DNA of 64,000 bases, taken from NCBI GenBank assembly GCA_965223905.1, contig CBDCXV010000010.1, forward strand, positions 2,048,001-2,112,000, given 5' to 3'. The translations under genes were made by a program, and so were the position numbers. Source of the stretch: Candidatus Latescibacterota bacterium. GTDB taxonomy: Bacteria > Latescibacterota > UBA2968 > UBA8231. The notes beneath the pieces were generated by a model. That model was not told the origin of the DNA, did not search any database, and saw only the letters and a program-made list of their open reading frames with translations. This document shows positions 1-8,929 of this stretch, piece by piece (within the stretch, counting starts at the first letter, position 1; every line of letters starts with the position of its first letter).

Positions 1-64
1 TAACCATATAAATAATGATACATTATCATCAATCAGAACTCAAGATTAAATTTTGTGATTTTGA

Positions 65-919
65 GATAGGTTCTACCCACTCCTGTCGTGCCTGGAGATG
101 GGCGTCCGCCACGTCCGCGTTCCCCTGGAAGAGGCGCTGGACCCGGTCCGAGGGATTGACATTCTCAGGTCGAAGGGCATCTCCATCACGGCCTACCACC
201 TTTTCCCCACGGCGGGCGACGTCGCAGGTGCCGTGTCGGCCCTCGACGGCCGATGTGACGCCCTCGAAGTCCAGTTCGCGGCCCGGGATGCAGCCACATT
301 CGAACCGATGGACGAGATGGACCTGCCGCTGATCCTCTGTCCCGTCGCACCTGGCGTCGTTGTCGCAGGCAAGCAGCATCCTCGCACGCGCGTCGGCTGG
401 AGCCTCGATGGGGAAACTGAAAATTGGTCCCGGGGTCGCAACCTCTGCCGCGTGGCGCCGGGCGATTCGCTCCTTGACTGGCGGAACTCCGCGGCGGCCA
501 CCTCGGGGCGCGTCGACTTCGCCATTGACCTGCCCGGCGTCAGCGACGACGACAACGCCCGACGCGCGGCCCAGGCCCTCCTCGCCCTCTCGACCGTCCC
601 CGGCGCGCGATTGTTCATCGACCCGCTGACGGATTTCGACCGCACGATCGACGTCACGCACGGCCTGATCGATACCCGGTGTAACCCACGTCTGGCGATG
701 ACGGTGGTCCGCGCTCTCGGGACCATCCTGTTCTCCCACGGGGAGCGCTGGTCGCTGGCGTCGCACGACCCCTGGACGATCGTGTCGGGAAGACGACGAC
801 TGGTTCTAGCGGATGATGTGCCGGGCGCCGAATCGTACTACGGACTGACGTCGGGAACTGTGGGCAAGCGCGGATCGGAGTTGGATAATGGGTTGGTTCT
901 GGGAGAGGTCCCGACGTGA
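65..919 (+). CDS. Hypothetical protein, probably 5'-truncated
   Basis: ORF 98..919. The frame is open back to 65 (DRFYPLLSCLEM...), where GC-rich coding-like DNA abruptly meets an AT-rich stretch (1-64). Confidence 0.55.
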   Translation, partial: DRFYPLLSCLEMGVRHVRVPLEEALDPVRGIDILRSKGISITAYHLFPTAGDVAGAVSALDGRCDALEVQFAARDAATFEPMDEMDLPLILCPVAPGVVVAGKQHPRTRVGWSLDGETENWSRGRNLCRVAPGDSLLDWRNSAAATSGRVDFAIDLPGVSDDDNARRAAQALLALSTVPGARLFIDPLTDFDRTIDVTHGLIDTRCNPRLAMTVVRALGTILFSHGERWSLASHDPWTIVSGRRRLVLADDVPGAESYYGLTSGTVGKRGSELDNGLVLGEVPT

Positions 920-1013
920 AGCAATCGCTGGGCTGGTGCCACGGACGCGCGCGGCGAAGCTCCGGCAGCTATGTAGGAAAGGGGAGGAGAGTGCGGTGCT
1001 CGGTGTGCGGTCG

Positions 1014-4000
1014 TCATCGGGCTTCAACCCGTTTTGTCGACGTCTCGTCTGGCAGCGAAGCGATCACCTGCAGGGCGCCGCGCATCGGCGAGCATATGCT
1101 CTTACCCACGCCCCGGTGAGGCCGCATTCGGGTGCCACCGATCGCCGTCTCGACGCCAGCGAGCAGTATGCGCTTGAAGCGCTCTTCACCGGTAAACTGG
1201 TACGCCGCAGCGACCCCTTTGAGAATCCGCATATCGGCGGCACCGTCCACGATCGACTTCGGGCAGCAGGTGTAACGAAAGGAGCAGCTTTCCGGCACCC
1301 ACATGGTTTCGATGCAGTAGTCGGCTGCCCTGATGATCGCACCGGTCACTCTGGCATCTCCGGTGGCCTCGTGAAAGCGCTTGAGCCCGACCATCAGGAC
1401 GCCAACCATGAAGCCCGCGTTGCCGGTGTGCCGGGGCGGATCGCAGAAGCAGTGACCGGGGACCATAAGCCGGTCCCAGCCACCCGACGAACGCTGCCTC
1501 TCAAGCACGCGGTCGACGATAATGCGCCCCGCGTTCAGGAACACGCGCCGTCCGGTGGCGCGGTAGGCGGCGGACAGGTGAATCAGGTGCCAGCCGCACT
1601 CGCGACAGTTGGTGAAGTCGTAATCGTTTACCATGTCGCCGATCAGGGTTTCAGAGACGGCGATAGCGCTGTCGCGGATTCTGCGGTCGCCGGTCAGCAG
1701 GGAGTGGAGGAACGGGCCTTCGACCCAGGTGTGCGAAGGCATCGTAAGCCCCGAGAACATGGCCGATTCCCTGTAACCGTCGGGGTAATACCCGCCGACG
1801 TGACCGACGCAATGCAGGTACTGTGCATCCTTCGGTATCGGACCGCCATCGGCGTGGCACGTGTCGACGTCGACGAGGTGGCTCGCCGCTTCGTCTGCCC
1901 AGCGAAAGAACGACACGTCACCTCCGCGAATGAACTCCTGCAGGAAACACCACGGGGTATCGTACTCCATGTTGCCCCAGTTGTATTTTCGCTCTCCGAA
2001 CCAGTCTCCGAAGTTGAGCATGCCGTACGCGCGCGTAGTCTGCCTGTCCTCTTCGTAGGCGTCGCGGGCCGCTGCCACCCACTCCTCGTATTCCGGATAG
2101 GGAGACGGGTTCTTGGGCGGGAAACGGGTCCAGGCGTCGCTGTCGTTGAAGTGCGACAGGGGGGCGCGGTAGATGGGAGGAGAGGCCACGGCGTCGGCGA
2201 GGTCTGCAGCCTCGTCCTGTCCGTAGGAGATCCAAAACTCGGAGGTGCGAGAGATCCCCTTGCGAAGCTTGTAATGGCCGTCGAGCAGGTAGTAGTAAAG
2301 CCGGTCTTCCAGCTCACCGCCTCGCGGGTAGCGCGATGAATCCAAGGACGGAAGTACCTCGACGACGATCGAATTGGCCGCGAGAGTCAGCGCCTTGGGG
2401 TAATTCTGCCAGAAATCGCGGATGGCTACTGACACGCTCCCTCGATCACCGGTGACGGATGCAGCCCCGTTGCTCCTGCGGCCGCCAGCTACCCTCTGCG
2501 CGCGCCTGCGCGCGCCGCTCGCCTCGTACGAATCGAAGCGGTTGTCGTCGAGCTGTTCGATTCGTGCACAGGCAGCGCGCGAGTGCCTTCCCTTGCTCTG
2601 TAATACCGGCGCGTTGCCGACCTCGACGGGGATGCAGAGCGACAGCGACTGGACCCGCTCGAAGTCGAGATCGGACACGTCGTTCACGACAGTGTGCTCA
2701 ACACGAACGCGGCGGCTGCCGGAGAAGAAATGCAGCCGGAAGACCGACCGGAGGCAAACGCGACTCCCGCGACTCCGGTGAGTCACTTCCAGGCGGATGG
2801 TAGCCCTCTGCGGGCCACTGGTTTCAACCGTCAGCGAATCGGGAGCGCCGCTGCGATAGGCGCGTCCAACGGCGTCGACGGCAGTGACCGCTGTCGCATC
2901 CCCCATCGAGCGGCTCGAGCCGTCCTGCCGTACTTCGACCAGCCCGGGGATCACGGTCCGATCGCGCGGAATGCGAACCCGGAGCGGTCCCGTCACGACC
3001 TCGACATGTCTCCTCGACGAGCGCACTCGCACTTTCCCATCGGTCTCGTTGCGCACGGACTTCCCGAATTCGACCGCGCAGTCTGAAACCCCGTCGCCCT
3101 CGTAGTCGAGCAGCGCCCACTGGATCGACCCATCGTCCCAACGGCTCTGCGCCGCCACTTGGGTCGGCACCGGGCGATTCGATGAGTCGACGACGCGAAT
3201 CGAGCCGATGTTCGAGACCGCCCCTTTTTTGAAGGGCACTCCCACGGTCACCGGCCAGGCGCGCTCACAGCTCTGGGCCACTTCGAGGGCGAAGCGGCCC
3301 TTCTCAATCTCCGAGTGTTTTCTGGATGGACGCACGCGAAAGGCACCTGAATACTGAGCCTCGAGCCGCCGCGAGCGGTCCGCGAGATCGACGTCGTACA
3401 CATAGTCGCCAGCCGCCAGATTCTCGAGCACGACCTCGTGGTTCGACAACGCGGTCCGGAGGAGCACCGTCTTCTTCTTCCCCCCCTTCAGCCCCCAGCG
3501 CAAGCGGCCCGATGCCGGGCGATTCGAGCGCCACGTGACGTAGGCGATTGGCCTCTCTCCATCGATGCGGACATCCACAGAGGGAGACGCGATTTTCAGC
3601 CTGTCGGCGGCACCACGGGGCTTCCTGTCGAGCAAAACCACGTTCTCGATTCTGCACGGACCCGAAGTTGCATTCGTCACCAACCGGATCGGCTCGCCAC
3701 CCTTGAAGGCAAACTTCTCGGGCGCGAGCAACAGGTGTAACCGGTTGTCGGGGTCCGACAGCGCAGTGCGGGCCACACACCGGTGCCCGATCCAGATGTC
3801 AACGGCTTCATCGGCGCCGGCGGCAGCGTACATCGTGAACCCGAGATAGTACCTGCCCCGCCGGTGGATGACGTCGCCAAGCTCACTCACGAGACCGGCC
3901 CGGCACACCGACGGCGGCCTGATCACGGACGCATTCGCGTATTCAGTGACCGTGTCGTTCATGAAGCCGTCCAGCCGGCAGGCGAAGGCCGGGATGACCA

Positions 4001-4073
4001 CGGCGTTTTCGAGTATTTTCTCGATCCGCCCATCACCGGACAGAGACAGCGCTTTGGGGACTTCATCCTTCAC
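1014..4073 (-). CDS. PcRGLX/YetA-like (exo-rhamnogalacturonan lyase, PL26-like) protein with extra N-terminal domains
   Basis: 1019 aa. WPVTVGVPF...PVPTQ...RWDDGSIQWALLD segment, then GMLNFGDW...WGNMEYD preceding a helical C-terminal region. Confidence 0.65.
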   Translation of the reverse strand: MKDEVPKALSLSGDGRIEKILENAVVIPAFACRLDGFMNDTVTEYANASVIRPPSVCRAGLVSELGDVIHRRGRYYLGFTMYAAAGADEAVDIWIGHRCVARTALSDPDNRLHLLLAPEKFAFKGGEPIRLVTNATSGPCRIENVVLLDRKPRGAADRLKIASPSVDVRIDGERPIAYVTWRSNRPASGRLRWGLKGGKKKTVLLRTALSNHEVVLENLAAGDYVYDVDLADRSRRLEAQYSGAFRVRPSRKHSEIEKGRFALEVAQSCERAWPVTVGVPFKKGAVSNIGSIRVVDSSNRPVPTQVAAQSRWDDGSIQWALLDYEGDGVSDCAVEFGKSVRNETDGKVRVRSSRRHVEVVTGPLRVRIPRDRTVIPGLVEVRQDGSSRSMGDATAVTAVDAVGRAYRSGAPDSLTVETSGPQRATIRLEVTHRSRGSRVCLRSVFRLHFFSGSRRVRVEHTVVNDVSDLDFERVQSLSLCIPVEVGNAPVLQSKGRHSRAACARIEQLDDNRFDSYEASGARRRAQRVAGGRRSNGAASVTGDRGSVSVAIRDFWQNYPKALTLAANSIVVEVLPSLDSSRYPRGGELEDRLYYYLLDGHYKLRKGISRTSEFWISYGQDEAADLADAVASPPIYRAPLSHFNDSDAWTRFPPKNPSPYPEYEEWVAAARDAYEEDRQTTRAYGMLNFGDWFGERKYNWGNMEYDTPWCFLQEFIRGGDVSFFRWADEAASHLVDVDTCHADGGPIPKDAQYLHCVGHVGGYYPDGYRESAMFSGLTMPSHTWVEGPFLHSLLTGDRRIRDSAIAVSETLIGDMVNDYDFTNCRECGWHLIHLSAAYRATGRRVFLNAGRIIVDRVLERQRSSGGWDRLMVPGHCFCDPPRHTGNAGFMVGVLMVGLKRFHEATGDARVTGAIIRAADYCIETMWVPESCSFRYTCCPKSIVDGAADMRILKGVAAAYQFTGEERFKRILLAGVETAIGGTRMRPHRGVGKSICSPMRGALQVIASLPDETSTKRVEAR

Positions 4074-4357
4074 TGACGGTAGTGTCCTTGCTCATGGCAC
4101 AATGCGATCGACAAGATGCGGGCGATAACATAGGGAAACGAGCGGGCATTTCGCGACACCAATCCAGTCCCCATCACAAGCGGAGACTCGATCACCTGAC
4201 GGGTCCTGTCCTGGTTGGAAGGCGACCGTCTGATTCGCCCAGGAGTGAATCCCTTGCTGCGGCGCTGAACTCCGTGTCTCATGGGCTCCAGGTTTCCAAC
4301 TCCTGCCACGTCGAGTTTGAGAAGTTGGTCGAAGCACCACCCCGAAACGAGGTCTCG

Positions 4358-4386
4358 TTGACGAGGTCGCCGGCGACAGCTACATT
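4358..4386 (+). promoter_or_regulatory. Sigma70-type promoter for the Gln leader and tRNA-Gln genes
   Basis: TTGACG (4358-4363), 17-nt spacer, TACATT (4381-4386). The expected TSS (~4393-4394) coincides with the leader ATG. Confidence 0.75.
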
Positions 4387-4393
4387 GCATGGC

Positions 4394-4486
4394 ATGAGAA
4401 CGATGTATTCCTCGACCAGCACGCAGCCTCAGCGACAGCAACAGCGAATCCAGATTTCGCCGGGGCAGAGGGTGTTCTCTATCTGA
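4394..4486 (+). CDS. Gln-rich leader peptide (30 aa), probably leaderless
   Basis: MRTMYSSTSTQPQRQQQRIQISPGQRVFSI*. 7 Gln codons (6 CAG, 1 CAA), five within codons 11-17. Double stop TGA TAA. Confidence 0.7.
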   Translation: MRTMYSSTSTQPQRQQQRIQISPGQRVFSI

Positions 4487-4521
4487 TAAACAGACCGAAG
4501 ACCTGATAGTAAGGCCCCGGC
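4459..4521 (+). promoter_or_regulatory. Putative antiterminator pairing
   Basis: GCCGGGGC (4459-4466, inside the leader ORF) is the exact reverse complement of GCCCCGGC (4514-4521, 5' arm of the terminator). Confidence 0.6.
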
Positions 4522-4547
4522 AGCTGATACCTGCTGGGGCTTTTTCT
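4511..4547 (+). terminator. Intrinsic terminator (attenuator) between the leader and the tRNA genes
   Basis: AAGGCCCCGGCAG-ctgatac-CTGCTGGGGCTTT, a 13-bp stem with two G-U pairs running into a TTTTTCT tract. Ends 10 nt before the first tRNA. Confidence 0.8.
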
Positions 4548-4557
4548 ATGTACAGTT

Positions 4558-4632
4558 TGCGGCGTCGTCTAATTGGCAGGACAGCAGGCCCTGACCCTGC
4601 AGATCGAGGTTCGAATCCTCGCGCCGCAGCCA
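4558..4632 (+). tRNA. trnQ: tRNA-Gln(CUG)
   Basis: Acceptor TGCGGCG/CGCCGCA, G73, encoded CCA. Anticodon arm GCAGG-CC CTG AC-CCTGC. T-arm CGAGG-TTCGAAT-CCTCG. Position 33 is C. Confidence 0.92.
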
Positions 4633-4636
4633 GTTT

Positions 4637-4711
4637 TGGAGTGTCGTCTAATCGGCAGGACGCCGGGTTTTGGACCCGGAAATCGGGGTTCGAATCCCTG
4701 CACTCCAGCCA
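4637..4711 (+). tRNA. trnQ: tRNA-Gln(UUG)
   Basis: Acceptor TGGAGTG/CACTCCA, G73, CCA. Anticodon arm CCGGG-TT TTG GA-CCCGG. T-loop TTCGAAT. Confidence 0.95.
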
Positions 4712-4757
4712 CTCCACCTCGATGGGCGCAGGCCACAAGTAACCATGTCCTCAGCGG

Positions 4758-4895
4758 GCCGGCAACCTGCTCGATTTCGACGGCAAGGAGCTCGGCCTGG
4801 GCGTGGTCAACCCGTGCACTGAACGCGTCGAAAAGGCAAGGGATATCCGCGAGCGGGTCGAGCGTGCGCTCGAGCGCTACCCCGGAGAAAGGCTA
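4758..4895 (+). pseudogene. Fragment of a cobalamin-independent methionine synthase (MetE C-terminal-like) gene
   Basis: Translates AGNLLDFDGKELGLGVVNPCTERVEKARDIRERVERALERYPGERL. No start codon and no following PDCG motif. Confidence 0.5.
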
Positions 4896-5002
4896 CGACA
4901 ACTCACCCGCTCGACATTCTCCCCCCGGTACTTGCCTGGACCATTCCAATGCCCTTTATCTCACCAACCGTAGACACCTCAAACGCCGGGTTAGGTAAGC
5001 GA

Positions 5003-6427
5003 ATGAGCGAGATCGATCACCTGTTCGACGACGAGGGCATGAGGCGGTTTCTGGTCGACGGCTACGTCGTCGTCAAGGCCGCTATGCCGGCCGACTTCCA
5101 CGCCGGCGTTCACCGCCGTGTGGAGGAGATGTTCGAGATCCACGGCAACCTCGGCAACAACATCCTGCCACTGATCCCCGAGATTCAGCAGGTCTTCGAC
5201 CATCCCGCGGTGCACGGCGCCATGACCAGCATCCTGGGGCCGGGCTACGTCATGCACCCGCACCGCTATTGCCACCGCAACCAGCCGGGTAGCGAGGCCC
5301 AGAGCTTCCACAAGGACACCTACGAGGGAGACGAGCAGGTGAAGCACCACCGCTGTCGCTGGGCGGTGGCCTTCTACTACCCCCAGGATACCACCTTCGA
5401 CATGGGCCCCTCGGCGATTCTTCCCGGCAGCCAGTATTACGACAGCTCGGAGGCCGCCCACAAGCAGCCGGACCTGCCGTTGTGCGGCGAAGCCGGTACG
5501 GTGACGATCATCCACTTCGATCTCTGGCACCGCGCCTCGCCGAACAGCAGCGAACGGCAGCGCTACATGCTCAAGTTTCTGTTCGAGCGCCTAGGGGAGC
5601 CGACGCGGCCCTCGTGGCGCAATGCCAACCCGGATTGGGTTGCCCCCGCGGGGGATCCCGGCCAGCACCAGGGTATGTATGAGAAGTTGTGGCGGTGGAA
5701 CCGCGGCGCCTCAACGCAGAACGGCTCGCCCCGCGACGGAAATGCCATCGATGCGCTGGCGGAGGAGCTCTGCCGCGGCAAGGGGGAGCGGGAGAAACTG
5801 GATGCCGCCTATGAGCTCGGGGCCCGGGGCGCCGCCGCTCTGCCGCCGCTCGTTGAGGCGCTACAAGCCGAATCCGAGGAGGTCAGCCGCCATGCCGCTT
5901 ATGGGCTGAGCGCCGCCGGCGTGACCGCGGTACCGCAACTGATCGAAGCTCTCGGCGAGGGTGGCGACTTGGCGCGCGTCCACGCCGCCTATGCCCTGGC
6001 CGACAGCGGTCCGGCAACCTGGCAGGATCTCCTCCACGCCGACCCTTCCGCTTGCCGCGCCGCCGCCGAGGCCTTGACCGCCGCCCTCGGGGACGAATCG
6101 AGCTGGGTCAGGCGCAACGCAGCCGAGGCGCTGGGAACGATCGGCGAACCGCTGCCGGAGGCGGTGACGGCATTGGGCGACCTGCTCGGCGACGGCGAAT
6201 TCTGGATTCGCGACAATGCCGCCCGCGCCCTGGCCAAGATGGGAGCGCGTGCCGAAGGGGCTGTCGACGCCCTGGCGGCGAGATTGAACGACGACAACCG
6301 TTATGTCCGCTTCCACGCCGCGATGGCCTTGCGTCGGATCGGCACCCCGGCCGCGGAGCGGGCGCTGTTCGACAACCTGCTGACGGCGCGCTGGTGCCCG
6401 CTGACCACGGCCGAAACCCCGTACTAA
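5003..6427 (+). CDS. Phytanoyl-CoA dioxygenase (PhyH) family domain fused to HEAT/PBS-lyase repeats
   Basis: FHKD and DLWHR iron-ligand motifs, plus C-terminal repeats such as VRRNAAEALGTIG and IRDNAARALAKMG. Confidence 0.85.
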   Translation: MSEIDHLFDDEGMRRFLVDGYVVVKAAMPADFHAGVHRRVEEMFEIHGNLGNNILPLIPEIQQVFDHPAVHGAMTSILGPGYVMHPHRYCHRNQPGSEAQSFHKDTYEGDEQVKHHRCRWAVAFYYPQDTTFDMGPSAILPGSQYYDSSEAAHKQPDLPLCGEAGTVTIIHFDLWHRASPNSSERQRYMLKFLFERLGEPTRPSWRNANPDWVAPAGDPGQHQGMYEKLWRWNRGASTQNGSPRDGNAIDALAEELCRGKGEREKLDAAYELGARGAAALPPLVEALQAESEEVSRHAAYGLSAAGVTAVPQLIEALGEGGDLARVHAAYALADSGPATWQDLLHADPSACRAAAEALTAALGDESSWVRRNAAEALGTIGEPLPEAVTALGDLLGDGEFWIRDNAARALAKMGARAEGAVDALAARLNDDNRYVRFHAAMALRRIGTPAAERALFDNLLTARWCPLTTAETPY

Positions 6428-6441
6428 GAGGCGAATACCCC

Positions 6442-7167
6442 ATGCCGTTCCTGCAGCACGAGAGAGTGCTCGTTTTCAGCGCCCACGCCGCTGATTTCTG
6501 TTCCCGTGCCGGTGGCACCATCGCCCGTCTCGTCGACGAAGGGGCGGCCGTTCACATCCACGACCTGACCTACGGCGAACGCTGCGAGGCGCCGGCCCTG
6601 TACGCTCGCGACCCGGTCCCCTCGCTCGACGAGATCAAGGCGATCCGCAAGGAGGAGATCGAAGCGGCCGCCGCCACTCTAGGCGCCACTATCGACTGCT
6701 TCGACTTCGGCGACAGCCCGCTGCTCGTCGGTCCGCAGCGGCGGCTCGAGATCCTCGACGCCATCCGCGCCTTCGAGCCGGAAGTCGTGCTCTGCCACTG
6801 GATCGACGACATCCTGCACCCCGACCACGTCGAGACCGCCCAGGCGGTGCTGTGGGCGAAGAGCTACTGCGGAATTCCGGGAATCGAAACCCGGCACGCC
6901 CCCTGCGCAACCCCCCAATACATCTGCTACGAGGCGCAGCTGGCGACGTCGTCGGTCACCAAATTCCTGCCCGATTTCTACGTCAATATCGATTCGACGA
7001 TGGAGCGCAAAATCGAGGCAATGGCGAAGCTCGCCGCCCAGCCATCACTCGTGGAGCAGTACACGAAGCTCGCCCTCTACAGGGGACTCGAAGCCCAGAT
7101 CATCGCCGCTATGCAAGAGTGCACCCACGCCGAAGGGTTCGTGCGCATGGGCAAAGAAGCTATGTAA
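6442..7167 (+). CDS. PIG-L family protein, similar to 4-oxalomesaconate hydratase GalB
   Basis: SAHAADFCSRAGG, TYGERCE and HPDH motifs. Confidence 0.8.
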   Translation: MPFLQHERVLVFSAHAADFCSRAGGTIARLVDEGAAVHIHDLTYGERCEAPALYARDPVPSLDEIKAIRKEEIEAAAATLGATIDCFDFGDSPLLVGPQRRLEILDAIRAFEPEVVLCHWIDDILHPDHVETAQAVLWAKSYCGIPGIETRHAPCATPQYICYEAQLATSSVTKFLPDFYVNIDSTMERKIEAMAKLAAQPSLVEQYTKLALYRGLEAQIIAAMQECTHAEGFVRMGKEAM

Positions 7168-7326
7168 TCGTCCGGACCCCGGGCGTGTTCGTTTGCCGCA
7201 GCGCCTTGCCGGCTCGTCATAAGCTGTCCTCCACCGCTGGGATCATCGCCTTGTGTATCCGGGCCGGAGCTTTGGGTTTGGACAGCGCTCAACAGAAGCC
7301 AAAGGCTTCTGCGAAGGATGGCTTCG

Positions 7327-8314
7327 TTAGAAGCCGTCCTCCACTGCCTGGATCATCGCCTTGATGTAACCGAATTCGTAGGCGAACGCTTGGCGGTGGG
7401 CGCCCGGTTCGCGATGCCCCGGGGCGTGATCCGGCACGCACATGTGCGGGTACTCCACCTCTTTCAGGGCGTGCATGTTGCGGTGCATGTTCATCACCCC
7501 CTCGTCGGGCCACACCTCCTGAAACTTGTTGCGCCCGCCGACGATATTGCGGAAGTGGCAGAGGAAGATTTTGTTGCGGCTGCCGAAGTAGCGGATGATC
7601 TCGGGCACTTCGTTGCACGGATCGGTCGAGGGCCTCGGCCATACACCCCAAGCACAGATTCACCCCGCAGTAGTCGCTCGGCGCGATTCCGATGAAGCGC
7701 TTGAACCCCTCGGGCCCGCCCAGCACCCGGTCGACTCCCCGGTACCCGGGTGGCAGCCAGGGATCGCACGGGTGACAGGCCATGCGCACCTGACACTCCT
7801 CGGCAACCGGAATCACCCGCTCGAGGAAGTAGGTGATCCGCTCCCAGTTCACCTCCGCCGTAACCGGCTCGTCGAAGCGCTGCTCGCGGTCCTCGGCCCG
7901 TTCGAGATCCCAGGTGCTGTACACCGAATTGCCGCGCCCGGGCGGGGTGCTCTCGGTGCGCTGATTCTCCATGGCGCACAGGTAGTACTTGACCGCCGGG
8001 ATGCCAGCCTCGGCTGCCTGGCGGAGAATGTTGCAGACCAGGGCGATCTCCCGGTCCCCCTCTTCCCGGTTGCCGAGCATGTAGTTGGGGATCTCGCCGC
8101 CGTTGGCGTTGAGCTGGCTGATCGGGATCGCCACCATCTCCATGTCGATGCCGAAGCGGGCGCACTTTTGCTTCTTCTCCTTCAATTCGGCGACATCCCA
8201 ACCGTATTCGCGGTGGAAGGTGATGAAGTTCTCGTTCTTGTTGAACACCCCGTGGCGCGCGAGGTATTCGAGATCTTCATCAGAGGTGTTGAACTGTTGT
8301 GTGCCGACATGCAT
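7327..8314 (-). pseudogene. uxuA: Mannonate dehydratase (UxuA family) with a frameshift near 7624 (error or pseudogene)
   Basis: NWERITYFLERVIPVAEECQVRMACHPCDP in one frame, KIFLCHFRNI...PDHAP in another. Removing one C gives ALDDPCNEVPEII. GGAGG RBS. Confidence 0.75.
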
Positions 8315-8465
8315 CGGTGCATCCTCCTATGGTAGTAGTCCGCGGTGAGAGTCGCCTTGGTGGCGAGGCCGTAAAGGACGGGTGCAACCCAGTGCCCCTC
8401 GGCACAATGCTTGCCAGTAAGTCCGCCGAGAAGCACTACATTTTTGCCACGGGCTCCAACTCCGA

Positions 8466-8920
8466 TCACTCGCCGAGTTTCCGGCCGACGAGCTCCCGGT
8501 GCCGCTGCACGGCTCGCTCTATCAGCTCTCTCACCGGGGTCTGGTATTCGCGGCCCATGAGCCTTCTGCTCGCCAGCCAGCCCGCCAGGAACAACAACTG
8601 AACCCCCGCCAGGTACCAGTGCGTCGCTTCGACGATACTCGAACCGAGCTCCAGCGTCGATAGCCAGTCGAACAGCACGCCTCCCACCAAACCGCCGAGC
8701 CCGGCTGCCCAGGCGAGAACGAAGGTAGGTACGGCAAACCCCTCTCCCTGGTACTGCTGCGGCACCGCATCTATCATCGCCCGTGTCTGGCCGAAGGTTT
8801 AGCCGGCGTGCAACATGCCCCTTACCAGGAAAAAAGCGACCGCCCACACGGTCAGCGCCGCCGTTTCAGACGGCAGCATCAGCCATGCCGGCCCCAGCAG
8901 GGCGCAACCGTCCCGCCCAC
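8466..8920 (-). pseudogene. C-terminal fragment of an MFS-like transporter with an in-frame TAA at 8799-8801
   Basis: Hydrophobic helices in ORFs 8799..9143 and 8466..8777, which share a frame across the stop. Confidence 0.5.
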
Positions 8921-8929
8921 CACACTGAG

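Noticed and set aside
4394-4550. T-box riboswitch upstream of the tRNAs
   Set aside because: No T-box consensus (AGGGTGGNACCGCG) is present and the region is too short for Stem I. The Gln-codon ORF explains it better.
4070-4998. ORFs overlapping the tRNAs, and the long 4082..4486 version of the leader
   Set aside because: They overlap clear tRNA genes or span the promoter. Only the 4394-4486 part fits.
7600-7640. Programmed frameshifting in uxuA or the other broken genes
   Set aside because: No slippery heptamer or stimulatory element seen, and these families are not known to be recoded.
8799-8801. Stop-codon recoding in the MFS fragment
   Set aside because: The stop is TAA in an already truncated gene, with no SECIS-like context.
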